Below, in pieces: positions 48,339 through 61,689 of a stretch of DNA of 64,000 bases. Numbering within the stretch: position 1 is the stretch's first letter; every line of letters begins with the position of its first letter. The DNA is from Octopus vulgaris. Lineage: Eukaryota. The translations under genes and the position numbers were made by a program. Under the pieces are notes generated by a model, which was given only the letters and a program-made list of their open reading frames with translations, made no database searches and was not told the origin of the DNA. The stretch spans positions 174,220,001-174,284,000 of the forward strand of contig OX597816.1 in NCBI GenBank assembly GCA_951406725.2, in the 5' to 3' direction.

Positions 48339-48545
48339 TTGTGTGTCTGTGTTTGTTCCCCTAGCATTGCTTGACAACCGATGCTGGTGTGTTTACGTCC
48401 CCGTCACCTAGCGGTTCGGCAAAAAGAGACCGATAAAATAAGTACTGGGCTTACAAAAAGAATAAATCCCGGGGTCGATTTGCTCGACTAAAGGCGGTGC
48501 TCCAGCATGGCCGCAGTCAAATGACTGAAACAAGTAAAAGAGTAA
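48150..48545 (+). mobile_element. SINE family A, slightly 5'-truncated
   Basis: High similarity to other copies. Confidence 0.9.
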
Positions 48546-48546
48546 G

Positions 48547-49345
48547 TGTAGTAGGTGTAAAAAAATGTGTATTAAACAAATATGGAAACAAAAATTTGTG
48601 CAAACAAACCAGAGGATGGGGAGAGGACTTTTGGAAAATTCACAAGATCCACTTTTTTCCCTCATAACTTTTAGGAAAATGGATATCTTATAATGAAATA
48701 TTATATAAATACCTTTCAAATGGCATAGATTATGATTATAAAGAGAAAATCTTTTCCAATGGGGTGGGGAGAGAACTTTTGAAGAGAAAGAAATCCATAT
48801 TTTTTTTTGCTTGAAGAAATCTTTAGATTCATTTATTTTTTTTTTAATAATAGAAAAAGGTTTTTAAAAAGATCCCATGTATCATGGTGAGAGAAGCAAA
48901 TTCATAAATGTGGTGTTGAATATGGTTTCACTATGGAAAAAAGTTAAGGGCGATTTAGCTGTTGTTTTTAGCACATTTCCACCATTGGGATCCTTTTCGA
49001 AACCTTTTTCTATCACTCAAATGAAAAGTAGATGAATTAAGAAAATTTTTTTCAAACTTATTTCCATTACACTGAAGCAAAAAAATAATTTATGAATTTC
49101 TTTCTCTTCGAAAGTTTTCTCCCCATTCCCTTGGATAAAATTTTTCCCACAAATTTCTTTATAATTGTAATCTATGCCATTTGTAAGATATTTATATAAA
49201 ATTTCGCTAAAAGATATCCATTTTCCTAAAAGTCATGAGGGAAAAAGCTGGATCTTGTGAATTTTCCGAAAGTACCCCCTCAGTTCATTTGCACAAATTT
49301 TTATTTCCATATTTGTTTAATACACATGTTTTTACACCTACTACA
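48547..49345. mobile_element. Foldback/MITE-like element with ~330-bp imperfect TIRs
   Basis: Termini TGTAGTAGGTGTAAAA...TTTTACACCTACTACA; arms ~48547-48878 and ~48987-49345 align in inverted orientation. Confidence 0.8.
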
Positions 49346-49604
49346 TTTTTTTTTGGTAACCAGGAGTTAAAGTAAACATTAACCAGTATTTTTAATATAC
49401 CAGTATAATTTTTAAGTGACTTTGTGTTGAATGAATGCATACTATTAGACAAAATAGCTTATAACTTTTATATGAGGCACAATTTGAAGAATATTATCAG
49501 TTTCCAGAGTCTGTTTTGATAAAATGAAAATTTTTTATTATACCGGTATCATTTTGTTATTAAATTAAGAAGTGATTTTGTTGTTATGGCTGTTTGGAAC
49601 ACTA

Positions 49605-50120
49605 TACATAATATCTGGACTGATTTTGGTAATTTTTGTTTTTAAATTAAAAACTATGGGAGGAGCATTTTCGGTAAAAAAAACAAAAATTGTGAATATT
49701 TTCAGAGGAAAAGATGAACAATTCAAGGGAGGTTTGGCTTTTGTTTCTAGAACAAACCAAACCACCCTCCATTTATATTCTCACATGTATTGATGTCTTT
49801 TCAATATTTTTCTCCCATTAAACACATTAGTGGACTATAAGCAACAAAAAAAAAAAAAATTGTAATCTAAATTTTTACCACCACCTCAATCAAATAAAGC
49901 CATGTATTACTCTTTTACTTGTTTCAGTCATTTGACTGCGGCCATGCTGGAGCACCGCCTTTAGTCGAGCAACTCGACCCCGGAACTTATTCTTTGTAAG
50001 CCCAGTACTTATTCTATCGGTCTCTTTTTGCCGAAGCGCTAAGTGACGGGGACATAAACACTCCAGCATCGGTTGTCAAGCAATGCTAGGGGGACAGACA
50101 CAGACACACAAACATACACG

Positions 50121-50170
<50 letters not shown>

Positions 50171-50790
50171 TACGACGGGCTTCTTTCAGTTTCCGTCTAC
50201 CAAATCCACTCACAAGGCTTTGGTCGGCCCGATGCTATAGTAGAAGACGCTTGCCTAAGATGCCACGCAGTGGGACTGAATCCGGAACCATGTGGTTGGT
50301 AGGCAAGCTACTTACCACACAGCCATGCCTGCGCCTGTATGTGTGTAAGAAAAAACATTTCCTAACAGGAAAGTATGCTATTAAAATGAATTATTGTTTA
50401 TGAAACTCTTCCTTTAAATCACTATGGATAAATGCCAGCAATGATCTTCTCTGGCTCTTCAATATTTTAATTTATAAACAGAAAGAATCAGGGGCAGGGA
50501 GTGGGGGTTGCAAAAAATTCATAATTTCTCAAATCTTCTTTTCTTTAGCATATAAATGTATTTATGGGGAGAAAAATATTGAAAACCATTGATACATGCA
50601 GGAATGATAAAGAAACATGGAGGGTTGTCTCAGGATGTGCTAGAAACAACAGCCAAATCTCACTTAAATCACTCACTTTTCCCTCTGAAAATATTAATAA
50701 TTTTTTTCTTTCTTTTTTTTTTTTAACCGAAAAGGCTCCTCCCATGGTTTTGAAGTACAACAAAAATTGTCCAAAATAGATCCGGATTGG
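49605..50790. repeat. Diverged inverted repeat pair (~49605-49830 and ~50555-50790)
   Basis: Inverted similarity, also reflected in the shared pseudo-peptide KTMGGAFSVKK on opposite strands. Confidence 0.7.
49908..50335 (-). mobile_element. SINE family A, full length
   Basis: High similarity to other copies. Confidence 0.9.
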
Positions 50791-52569
50791 GATGATAAGG
50801 GTTGTAAAAAAAAATTTCAAAACTTTTTTCATACAAAGAGGCCCCCCCACCCCCATCCCATCATTTCAAAGGCTGTGGTTTTTAAAAAATGAGGGAAATC
50901 TCCATCAAAACATAGTTCTAACTTATTTAGTCTTCCTCATCCAAAACTTCTCTCCCCATGCACTCAAAAAAAATATTCCACACTAATTTCTTTATAATTG
51001 TAATCTATGCCATTTGAAAGATATTTGTATAAACTTTCATTAAAAGATACCCATTTCCTGGAAGTTATGAGGGAAAGAAGTCGGATCATATGAATTTTTC
51101 CAAACTCCTCTCTTCACCTTCTTGGAAAAATTCTTTCTCATAAATTCCTATATATTCTGAAGTCACAACATCTAAGCAGTATTTGTAGAAAATTTCTTTA
51201 AAAAGTATCCATTTTTCTGGATGTTATGAGGCAACAAAGTCATGGGCATATACACCTGTAGTTATGCCCTTTTATTTATACAATTTTTTCATATCATGTT
51301 TATTCCATTCATTGTTTGCAATGTTCTCTCTCCCCTCTCTCATCTCACACACATACACACTGCAAAGCTTACAGATGGGCTGCTAAATTGAAATCTCTTT
51401 CTCCTCGATTGTTGGACTACCTTGATGTTTGCTTTAAAATGAGAAATTATGACTGATAAAATAATAAACAAGTGAGCACTATTATACAAAGAAATAATTA
51501 GATGTAAAATATCATAAAAATTACTAGAATTGGGAATCAAGTGTGAAAATTTTATCAAGTGATTAGCAAAAAACTACCCATGGGGTGGGGGACAATCTTT
51601 CTGCTAGTTTATATAATGTCTTTAACGTAAAATAAAATTATTATTAGATTCTCCAGCTGTTGTATCAATATGAATAGCTTACAATAAAATTTCACCAGAG
51701 ATAGATTATCAAAATTTAATAAGGGGGGGGGGGGTAAAAGCAGAGTGGGTTGAAAAAATCTGAAAAACTAATAAGTAGGGGAGGGATGATTATTCAAGAC
51801 CCCAGAGTAGCCTACTCTTCTCCCTTTTAATATGAGAGCCTTTGTTTCACTGAGATTTTTTGGTAACTCTTATCTTTCTGAGAAGCTTGTCACACTGGCA
51901 AACAAGCAGTCACTTAGAGACAGCTTCTGTTGATGTTATTATGGCTATCAACTGCTATAGTCAAAGAGATGATGGTAATGTTGCAAAACTCAGCGGACTC
52001 ATAACTGAGCTGGTGGTGGTGTTGCACATGGGGTTGGTAATCTTATTATTGTTTCTACTTTCACTTTCCCAGTCACAAGAGGAATGGCAGTGACAACACT
52101 TGTGACCAGGAGAGCAAGGTAGTCAGTTGAAATCATAAAAGGTAGAACTGGTGTTGCTCTTATTATTTCTGGGTTTGGCATGTTGTTGTTTATAGCAGTG
52201 ATTCTCTTCCCAACAGCTGTTGTCACAGTCAATACATGCACATGCATTTGCTGTTACACAGAAATTTTTTTGGAAATAAAACACTTTTAAGGGTACACAG
52301 TTTTAAAGCCTTCAGTTTTTTAGGAATGTCTTAAGCAATATTAAAGATAAACCTTCCAAACATGGTCAAAGTTACAGAGTGTCAATATTTACAATCAGAG
52401 CAGCTTGGATAGGAAAATAATAACTTAGGCACAAAGTGCCAAATTTTGGGGACAGGTGTACTCAATAACAGGAACGTCAATACATAACTGGTACTTATTT
52501 TACTAATCCAGATGAAGGAAAGGTAGAATTAATCTCATAGAATTTGAACCCAAAACATAATGGGACAAT

Positions 52570-52611
<42 letters not shown>

Positions 52612-53578
52612 ACAACAACAACATAGACATATATGACATATTTGAAAGAGGAGTACAGTCAATTAAGCTGACTCCCAATACACAACTAATACTTATATCA
52701 ACTCTCCAGAAGTATGAAAGACAAATTCAACACCAACAAGACTTAAACTTATATATATATATGCAACAAAATCCTACCAAAAAATAATAGTAATAATAAT
52801 TTAAACAACTATTATTAAGATAAAAGGAAATAATTTTTAATACCAAATCTTTTTTTATAATTTTTTGGTTCAATAAATTTTATCAAATTTCAGTTTAAAT
52901 GGAAGATAAATAGTTCAATAAAAATTACATTATAGAAAAATAAATAACATTGGAAAATAAATAAATCCATGCATTAGAAAGGAATTGCATAAATTATTGT
53001 GACTGTATGCAAGGTAAGTATGTGACTGTATGCATGGAACAGCTTGGTTTGCAAACATTTTTATGATAACAGAACAAATGTCAATATGAAACACAGTAGC
53101 ATGAAGGAGAGGAGAGATGACCACTACCATCACAGATATGGTGCTCGTCTGTTATAGCTAATAAATCTGGTTGCTAATGACCAAAATTTGCTGAATCGTA
53201 ATATATATAACAATTTTGATTTTCAATTTACTTAAAAGAATGAAAATGCTCATTTCCTTTCTTGGTCCTCATTGATAAGGTATAAATGGCTTTATTTAAT
53301 ACAATCAGTGTTTAGTTCAAATTTTCTAAAGTCAGTGGTTGGAGAGAAAACATAGGTATGAGTATGAGTGGCCGAGATCTGGCAAGGATTGGGAAATGCA
53401 TAGTACAAGGCCTGGGAGTAAGACACAGTAAGAGAAATGAGAGGAGGTGAAGTAGGTGATATACAACTAACAAATTCAGGAGAAAACCCTTTATAATTTT
53501 CAAATAAAGAGGCAGGAAGAGAATACAGCCCGCCCATGCTTATTTGGATAATTTTGTTTTTGCAATTAAGAATATGTG

Positions 53579-53904
53579 TATGCTTATATAAGAATCACCC
53601 CTGAGGTCTGAGCAGCATTCTATTGTAGGTTAAATCTATGCCTTTCAAAACCGTCTTACCAAGAGAGAGAACATCTATAATGGCTATGAATTGATGACCT
53701 TCTACCCTCTGTTTTAAACATTGTTAATCTACTTCTAACTATGAGTATACTTATATAAGCAACATTCCTGAAGTCTGAGCAGTACTCTACTGTAGGGTAA
53801 ATCTAAACTTTTCAAAGCCGTCTTACCTAGAGAGAGAATGTCTCTAATGGCTGTGAACTGATGAGCTTCTACCCTCAGTTTTAAACATTGTTAATCTACT
53901 TCTA
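53579..53904 (+). repeat. Diverged tandem duplication, period ~167 bp
   Basis: Units 53579-53737 and 53746-53904 align end to end. Confidence 0.9.
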
Positions 53905-53939
53905 TTTCATAAAACTCTAAGTGTTAGCAATGACTGAAT

Positions 53940-55680
53940 CAACTTAGTATCAGACACCCAGCCAAAAGACTAGTAGTTCATATCTTGTTACCAGCACTAC
54001 ACCATGTCTATGACCAAGATCTTAAACTCTAAATAACCAAATCTACAAGCTCCCACAAAGTCAATCAAGTAGTATCATTATAAAACAAGAGCCATTCAAA
54101 AACTAATGCAAGTTTGGGTGATGTTAGAAGTACTAATAATATACAAAACAACTCACTGATTCACATGGATTGGAGCACCAAAACTACTCTTCTGATTGAT
54201 GATAATCAACAGCATTCCTTAGTATGATAGACTAATGAAATCTGACCAGAAAAGGCAAATAAGGTAGAATTAAAAGCCTCCAGCCAACAGGATAACCTTC
54301 ACCAATGGATTGCCCACTTTCAGCATCTTGGGAAACCATCAATCATTACTGACAAGCTTGTAGAAACTAGTATAAACTACAAACTGAATATTAAAGTGAG
54401 TAACTACACAGCAGATGAACTAACAGTGCTCTGACTAAAAAGATATTTGAAACCAGGTCATTTAATGATATACTTTAACTGATTAACTCTGTCTACAGTC
54501 AAAATCCACACAATAAATAGACTGAAGGCTGTATCCTCCCTTTGTCTGAAAAAGGTGACTTGACTTAGCAGAGAGTTACTGGAGTATTAACAGCTGGAAT
54601 TCGAGAAAATTTTTCATTAAGTGTCTAATAGATGGTGCTTGAGCAAAGAAGCTTCCAGCCTTTCTGTTATTTGTACATTTCTCCATTCACAAACATAAGA
54701 TACTATAAATTCTACCAGTCTATGGAATCCTTCAAGAAATAGTAGATACTCTACAGAAACATTTCAGCATAGAATTTTTTGAGATTTTTTTATGGTGTTT
54801 TACAAGGAGACACTAGCATCTTCCTTATTCATACTCTGTCTTGACTAAGTTCCCTGCACTTCAATACAATACAACATGGAACATGGCATTATCTTCACAA
54901 AATTAAGAAGTTCTAGATACCTAGCTTCTACAATAACAGATGCAGATTTATCTGAAGACTTAGCCTTAATATTGTTTACAATAGGAGCCACTATCCTCTT
55001 TCACATTCTGAAAGATACCACAGGAGGCATTAATCCTTATGTAACACTAGAAAAATTAAATTCTTCAGTTACAACTTGGAGGGGATGATCACTTCACTGT
55101 CTAAGATTGATAAAACCAGTAAACTTTTTTACACACCTCATGGACAACATACAGTGATGTATCAACAAAGCTTGGACAACATACAGCTATGTATCAACAA
55201 AGCTTGGACAATACTTTAGTGTCAACATTATACAGATATCTCACCTTTTAAAGTATCTAAACAGGAACTTTTTTCATGAAGTGTTTGAATCTGCATTACT
55301 TTATGACTCTTCTGCATGGATACTAACAAGAAGGCTTGAGAGTACACTTGATGGTACCTACATGTGCATGCGTCCATGCTATTTTGAAAATGTCCAGGAA
55401 AGAACATCCTATACAAGAAAGACTGTACAAAAAGCTTCCAAAATCCAACAGCATCCGAGAAAGAAAAGTTCACTTTGCTTTCTGTTGAAGTAAGGAGGAG
55501 CTGATTACTGACACTCTCTTCTGGACAGCTTGACATAGCCATAATTGTATTGGTTGCCCCATAGAAACAAATATTATTGAATCTCATTGGGTGGAATTAT
55601 CACATGTCATGGCAAATAGAAATGAGTATAAGATCTGGGTCAAGTGAGTTCAATCAAGCTTGATCTGAAGATGATGATAA
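53940..55680 (+). mobile_element. RTE-like LINE, heavily decayed
   Basis: GVLQGDTLA..LFILCLD, ITDAD and ESALLYDSSAWILTRRLESTLDGTY; ends in (GAT)n. Confidence 0.75.
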
Positions 55681-56148
55681 TGGCTATCATTACCACTTCT
55701 AAGTGAACTAAAAAAAAAAAAAGGTAACTAACTTCAATACAAAAAAGTAAACCCTACTACCTCTGACTAAATATTTGCTAACTTTTCTTAAAATTAAAAT
55801 ACTCATTACTATTGAAAAATGAAACACGAGTTCATCTAGGCATTCCAATTACATTTGTAAAAATATCTATCCTGGTTACATTAGCATGAAAAATATGGAT
55901 GTGCAACAGTTGCTTGATTAGCAATGAAAACAAGAGGTATCAGCTCTTAAAAAATAATTATAAGAAAACAAATGAATGTCACATAATTCCTTACATTATT
56001 AATGATATCAAAAAATATTTGGTCTTTATATAATGAGTCTACTGCAATAAGATATCTTATAATTCATTGAGTTCCCACAGAAAACATGGTGAAAAATAAT
56101 ATAGATATAAAAGAACTGAAAGAAAAAATAATATTTATCTGAAAGAAT

Positions 56149-56645
56149 TTATGAAGGGAAAATTTTGTAATCAGGATTCCATTCTGTTAGGATGCCAATG
56201 TAGGAGGAAATCATTCCCAGAAGGCCCAATACTCCAGGGGAAAGGTTAACATGATGTAACATGGCCATAGGTAAAGGTAAGTCTGTGGTATTACGTATTA
56301 GATCAAACAATAATGGCTTGTTTTTCAGCAAACTAAAAACATACAGCTGTAACTGAGAGCAATTCTTCATAGCAGTGTTGTTAGTTATACACCCCAGTTG
56401 GTAAAAGTCTCTTCCAATGCTGCATAAAATACTTGCCAGCCAGAACTGGGCAGATAATTCAGAAATCTTAGAACGATTGACCTTTAACATACCAACACGG
56501 TCCAACCAAATTAAATTATCAAACAGCAGATACAAGGCATTATTGATCTTCGCTAAAGAGATCAAGGTCCTCAAGACTATATCATCAACATGTAAAGTCT
56601 TTAATGTACTGTTCAGCAGTTCAAAACTTTTCCCAAAACGAAACA
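56149..56645 (-). CDS. PEX11: Peroxisomal membrane protein PEX11 (A/B-like), terminal coding exon
   Basis: FRFGKS..LRTLISLAKINNALYLLFDNLIWL..FWLASILCSIGRDFY..LLFDLIRNTTDL..PGVLGLLGMISS matches the PEX11 family; preceded by a polypyrimidine tract and TTTTCAG acceptor (phase 1); upstream exons not found in the window. Confidence 0.9.
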
Positions 56646-57010
56646 CTGAAAAGAAAATAAATAGATAAATAAATAAATTGATGTAATTTCAAAACGAAAT
56701 TTCCGTTGTATTTTTTAAAATTAAAACATCAATTAAACTGAATTAAATTTTGAAAAGAATTTAAAACACTTCAATATGATTTAAAAACACTTAAAACATA
56801 TGATTCATTAGAAATAAGTAAAAGTTTCAAGAGGTAATTCACACAGAAAAATCTAAAAATGAACAAAATACCAGTTCATATTAACAGCTCACTTATGCTG
56901 TGCTGTGTCCCTTGCAAAATACATTTTGTTGGTTCATCAGTGGTTCCCAGACTTTTTCTGACTGCTATCCCCTTGACACTCAGGCTACATTCTCGGTGCC
57001 CACACTCCAT

Positions 57011-57384
57011 GGATGGAAGCACTCCATTGGTTACGACGACGAGGGTTCCGGTTGATCCGATCAACGGAACAGTCTGCTCCTGAAATTGACGTGTAAGTGG
57101 CTGAGCACTCCACAGACACGTGCACCCTTAACGTAGTTTTCGGGGATATTCAGCGTGACACAAGGCCGGTCCTTTGAAATACAGGTACAACAGAAACAGG
57201 AAGAAAGAGTGAGAGAAAGTTGTGGTGAAAGAGTACAGCAGGGATCACCACCATCCCCTGCCGGAGCCTCGTGGAGCTTTAGGTGTTTTCGCTCAATAAA
57301 CACTCACAACGCCCAGTCTGGGAATCGAAACCGCGATCCTACGACCATGAGTCCGCTGCCCTAACCACTGGGCCATTGCGCCTC
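57011..57384 (-). mobile_element. tRNA-derived SINE family D with 12-bp TSD
   Basis: Head GAGGCGCAATGGCCCAGTGGTTAGGG..GGTTTCGATTCCC; CCCACACTCCAT at 56999-57010 and 57385-57396. Confidence 0.9.
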
Positions 57385-57544
57385 CCCACACTCCATACCA
57401 TCACAAACATAGACCTCTTTCTACTACAAATTCTGACAAATGTATTTCACAAATAAAACAACCCATTATTTTGTTGTTTTTACAGTATGAAAGAGTAAAT
57501 TTACATCTCACCTGTAACTATGTTGTTTTCATATTTTTAATGTG

Positions 57545-57717
57545 ATGAATGCATATTGTGCAGGACTATCAGCTTCTCGATGTTTGGCTGAAAGGTACTA
57601 AGGTACTAAGAAGTAGTCTTAGATCTCTGAGTTCAATAATTTTCAGTCTGTTTCCTTGCTTAGAAAGAATCAGAGCAACTGCATTGAAACCCCACTCCAC
57701 AAAATATGATATTAGAA
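57545..57717 (-). mobile_element. Buster-type hAT transposase C-terminal relic
   Basis: SYFVEWGFNAVALILSKQGNRLKIIELRDLRLLLS resembles the Buster/ZBED C-terminus (SYL.E.GFS.V...L.K.RNRL...DLRL.L). Confidence 0.65.
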
Positions 57718-59213
57718 CAGTGGCGTGCGGTGACTTCCGGCGTTGGGCATGCAATTAATTTCATTCCCCCCCCCCCCCCGCCCCCGGGCAATTTTTCAGT
57801 GAAACATTTTCGTATTCCTACGATTTACATATAAGAGATTCTGAATATGCAGAATAAACAGGGAATAAAAAATGGCTGTGCGGAGATGATCCTGAAATAA
57901 GTGTATTGTTTGTATTATTCTTTGCTCTTCGAAACGTCAGTACTTTCCCATCCTCATTCTCCCTTAGAAAAGTCTAAAAATCATAAGTGAAATGTAATAA
58001 AGATGAAATTGGATTCTGTCAATATTTTTGCATATTCAGAATCTCTGTTAAAGGTAGGAATCCGAAAAAAAATTTTCACATAAATTCGTTTTTCAAAGGG
58101 GTGCGATTCTGCATTAGCCCCTATACCTGAATGAAATGATTTTTTTTGAGCTGAATGAAATGATTTAATTAAAAGAACACATTTAGTTACATTATATGCC
58201 CATGGTTTTAGATCGTTACGCTCTCAAAGACAAGTCAGGTTCTTTATCATGCTACTTGTCAATTCCGGGAAAATTATTGACTGTTCTGAGACTTACTGAA
58301 CTCCGTACATTAAAGGACTACGTCTCACGCACAAACATTGAAAATACACGCATATACATGAATACGCACACAATGAAAGACAGCGAAAATTCAACATTGT
58401 AAAAAGCCTCCCAAAACTGTTGTGGCAGAAGTCAACATCTCTGAGATTGAAACAAGACACTTATTGAAAGTGAAACAAAACACTTATTTACGGCCGTAAA
58501 TAGACTACACCCAGCAGCACAGAAAGGGAAATCTATGTAGGTAGGTTTCACGAAGAAATCAAAACATTTCTCCTGCGAAACAATACTGATGTAAGAAGGT
58601 CGAACCTTACGTTATAACAAACACTAAGCAAAACCTGTAATATATGCTCTTTAATATATATTTTTTTTAATGTTTTAAAATGTTACTTAGCTCATTTATA
58701 AATTAATTCAATTCTTCGATCTTTCTGGGCAAATATATCTATCACATTTTCATAGAAATCTTCTCTTTTCATCAATTCTTGTAATAAATCTTTTTCAATT
58801 GACATTAGTGCTAACCCAGACAGTCTTCTTTCTCCTGTCGCATTTCTTTGGTATGTTTTAATTCTACTTAATGCAGAAAAGGATCGCTCTACAGAAGCAG
58901 TGGTAGACGGAATTGTCAAAATCAACTTGCACAGATTGAAGAGTTCTGGCATAGCTTCAACAAGATCAGTGCTGTTAATGTAACTCATTAAATGACTTAC
59001 ACTTGGTTTTTTAAAATCTTTCATTGAATACATCACATTGAGCTCACTTTGTAATCGTATTACATCAAAAAATCTGCCATAAGTTGTTCTTAAAGAATCT
59101 AAAGAGTCCACAGGAAATTGTTTGCAATACTCATCAACTTTGTTGAAATTCAAAAGTTCCATGAATTTAAACTCTTCTAAGGATGAATATCGTGCTTTTA
59201 TTTGGTCAACTAT
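57718..59213 (-). mobile_element. hAT transposon copy 2: 3' end with terminal repeat
   Basis: Intact hATC dimerisation frame 58692-59162 (LILTIPSTTASVERSFSALSRIKTYQRN..RLSGLALMSIE); ends in hAT-like CAGTGGCGTGCGG at 57718; same family as 4662-6440. Confidence 0.88.
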
Positions 59214-59513
59214 TCATCATCATCATCATCATCGTTTAATGTCCGCTTTCCATGCTAGCATGGGTTGGACAAATGACTGAGGGCTGGCGAACCAGATGGC
59301 TGCACCAGGCTCCAGTCTGATCTGGCAGTGTTTCTACAGCTGGATGCCCTTCCTAACGCCAACCACTCCGAGAGTGTAGTGGGTGCTTTTACGTGCCACC
59401 GGCATGAAGGCCAGTCAGGCGGTACTGGCAACGACCTCGCTCGAATCTTTTACACATGTCACCGGCACAGGTGCCAGTAGGGCGATGCTGGTAACAAACA
59501 CGCTCGAATGGTG
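59214..59513 (-). mobile_element. SINE-like family C
   Basis: (CAT)n followed by the reverse complement of the family C 3' end and internal units. Confidence 0.85.
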
Positions 59514-60281
59514 TCAAGGCTAATTGACCAAATATTGTTGTCAAAGACTACTAAGAAAGAAAGTGCCTCCTAACTGAAGTATCAGTTCCAATCTACCAGA
59601 TAATCTATTTCTAAAAGAAGTTATCCAAATACAAAGATCTGGAAATAGAGAAATATAATCTTTATAATAATAAGAGCCTTGAGAATTATTGAAAAGTATG
59701 AAAAGAAAGACAGACCCAACACTGCAGAGCTTACAAATATACCCAACATATGATGTCATTTGTTTTCAAACTTCCACAAAAGTATAATGACCTTCTTGAC
59801 ACACTTTGACATACTGCATGACTTTTGTAAATGAAAGTCTGATTCAAACAGTGAAGTTCATTTCTAGCTCTCTGCATAACATGTGTCCATGTTGTTTGTT
59901 GTTTGCTAGACTGGGAAATTATTACCTCACTTGGAAACAAGTGGTGTCTTGCAACAAGGACTTACAGCCATAGAAAACTCTGCCTTAATGTATATTCATC
60001 TGACCCATGCAAACATGGAAAAAGTAGATGTTAAAACAATGTTGATGATAGGAGATGACAGTCCAGGGCACTGCACTTATATCATTACATAGATTACTTT
60101 CAATACAGTAGAAAATACAACAGTGAAACAAAATACTGAACTCACCACCCAGGTCACACATGAGTACACCTGGGTGTACAGTGAAGGCAAGCAATAAAAA
60201 TAAGACTTCTCAATAGTAATTTTTGCTTTTTAACAGTCTAATTTATTGTGTATATATGAAATAATAATTCTTTCTACCATA

Positions 60282-60672
60282 GTTGCAGGAGTGGCTGTGT
60301 GGTAAGTAGCTTGTTTACCAACCACATGGTTCCAGGTTCAGTCCCACTGCGTGGCACCTTCGGCAAGTGTCTTCTATAGCCTCGGGCTGACCAAAGCCTT
60401 GTGAGTGGATTTGGTAGACGGAAACTGAGAGAAGCCCGTCGTATATATGTATATATATATATGCGTGTGTGTGTTTGTCCCCCTAGCATTGCTTGACAAC
60501 CGATGCTGGTGTGTTTATGTCCCCGTTACTTAGCAGTTCGGCAAAAGAGACTGATAGAATAAGTACTGGGCTTACAAAAGAATAAGTCACGGGGTTGAGT
60601 TGCACGATTAAAGGCGGTGCTCCAGCATGGCCGCAGTCAAATGACTGAAACAATTAAAAGAGTAAATGAGTA
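60282..60672 (+). mobile_element. SINE family A
   Basis: High similarity to other copies. Confidence 0.9.
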
Positions 60673-60984
60673 TAGGCACAAGGGCTGTCATTTCGGGGAA
60701 GGAGATGAGTTAATTACTTTTGAAAAATCTAAGAGAACCACATGATAATGTAAAAGTAAAGGTAAAGACCCCTTTGATCACTAATGACCATGGCATTGCA
60801 CCTAGAACGTTCCCCTCCAAACCAGCCCCACCTCCTTCCACATCAGGAAAGAAGGTAAAGGCCAATATAGCTTCGCACCAGCGATATTGCAACTCATTCC
60901 TACAGCTGTGTGAACCGGATCAATATGAAATAAGATAAAGTACTCAATAATACATGGTAGACACTAAACATTTGAATGGACACG

Positions 60985-61240
60985 CCTGTCTATCTCTCTA
61001 TCTATCAATCAAATCTTTCTGTTTTTTTCATCCATCTGTCTGTCTGTCTAATCCATCTTCATATACTATCTATCCATCCCTCATTTACCTATCTGTCTGT
61101 CTGTCTAATCTATCTTTCTATCTGTCTGACCTATCTTTTTGTTCTATCCTTCTATTTGTCTGTCCGTCTAATCCAACTTTCTAATCCATCTTCATATACT
61201 ATCTGTCCATCCCTCATTTACCTATCTGTCTGTCTGTCTG
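60985..61240. repeat. Degenerate (TCTA/TCTG)n tract with an internal ~60-bp duplication
   Basis: TCTAATCCATCTTCATATACTATCT.TCCATCCCTCATTTACCTATCTGTCTG occurs twice. Confidence 0.85.
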
Positions 61241-61689
61241 ATGATATAGAAAATTCAGGTAAGCATTGAATAAATAAATGAACTGTAGGCAACAGCAGCT
61301 TCAATTAATAAATACCCTATTTTTGATGTTGAATTGATTGTTCTAGATGGATCAATAACAAAGAAGTTGTTAGAAAGTTGAAGCTCCATTCAGTGTGTCC
61401 AATGCCATTGACTGAAAACTCTGATTTAACATAAAATATTTAGAGCATAAATAATCTGGGAAGGAAAATAAGTAGCAAGATACGACATGACACAAATATA
61501 GGATAAACTGTCAGTGTGGTTATGTATATTATCATAAGAAAAGGTTGAGAATCAATATGTCATACACTGGTGCACACAATAAAGTCAGCCAGCTGCAACA
61601 TGTACTCAGGTTAAGAAAGAGAAATAATACACTTAGCTACAATACAACGATATAGCTGAAGGCAATAGGATAGGACCAAAAACAAAACT

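Noticed and set aside
57300-57384. tRNA gene
   Set aside because: tRNA-like head continues into a SINE body bounded by a 12-bp TSD; the same applies to the family A and B heads
59730-59940. Candidate upstream PEX11 exon
   Set aside because: No open frame resembling the PEX11 N-terminus with suitable splice sites
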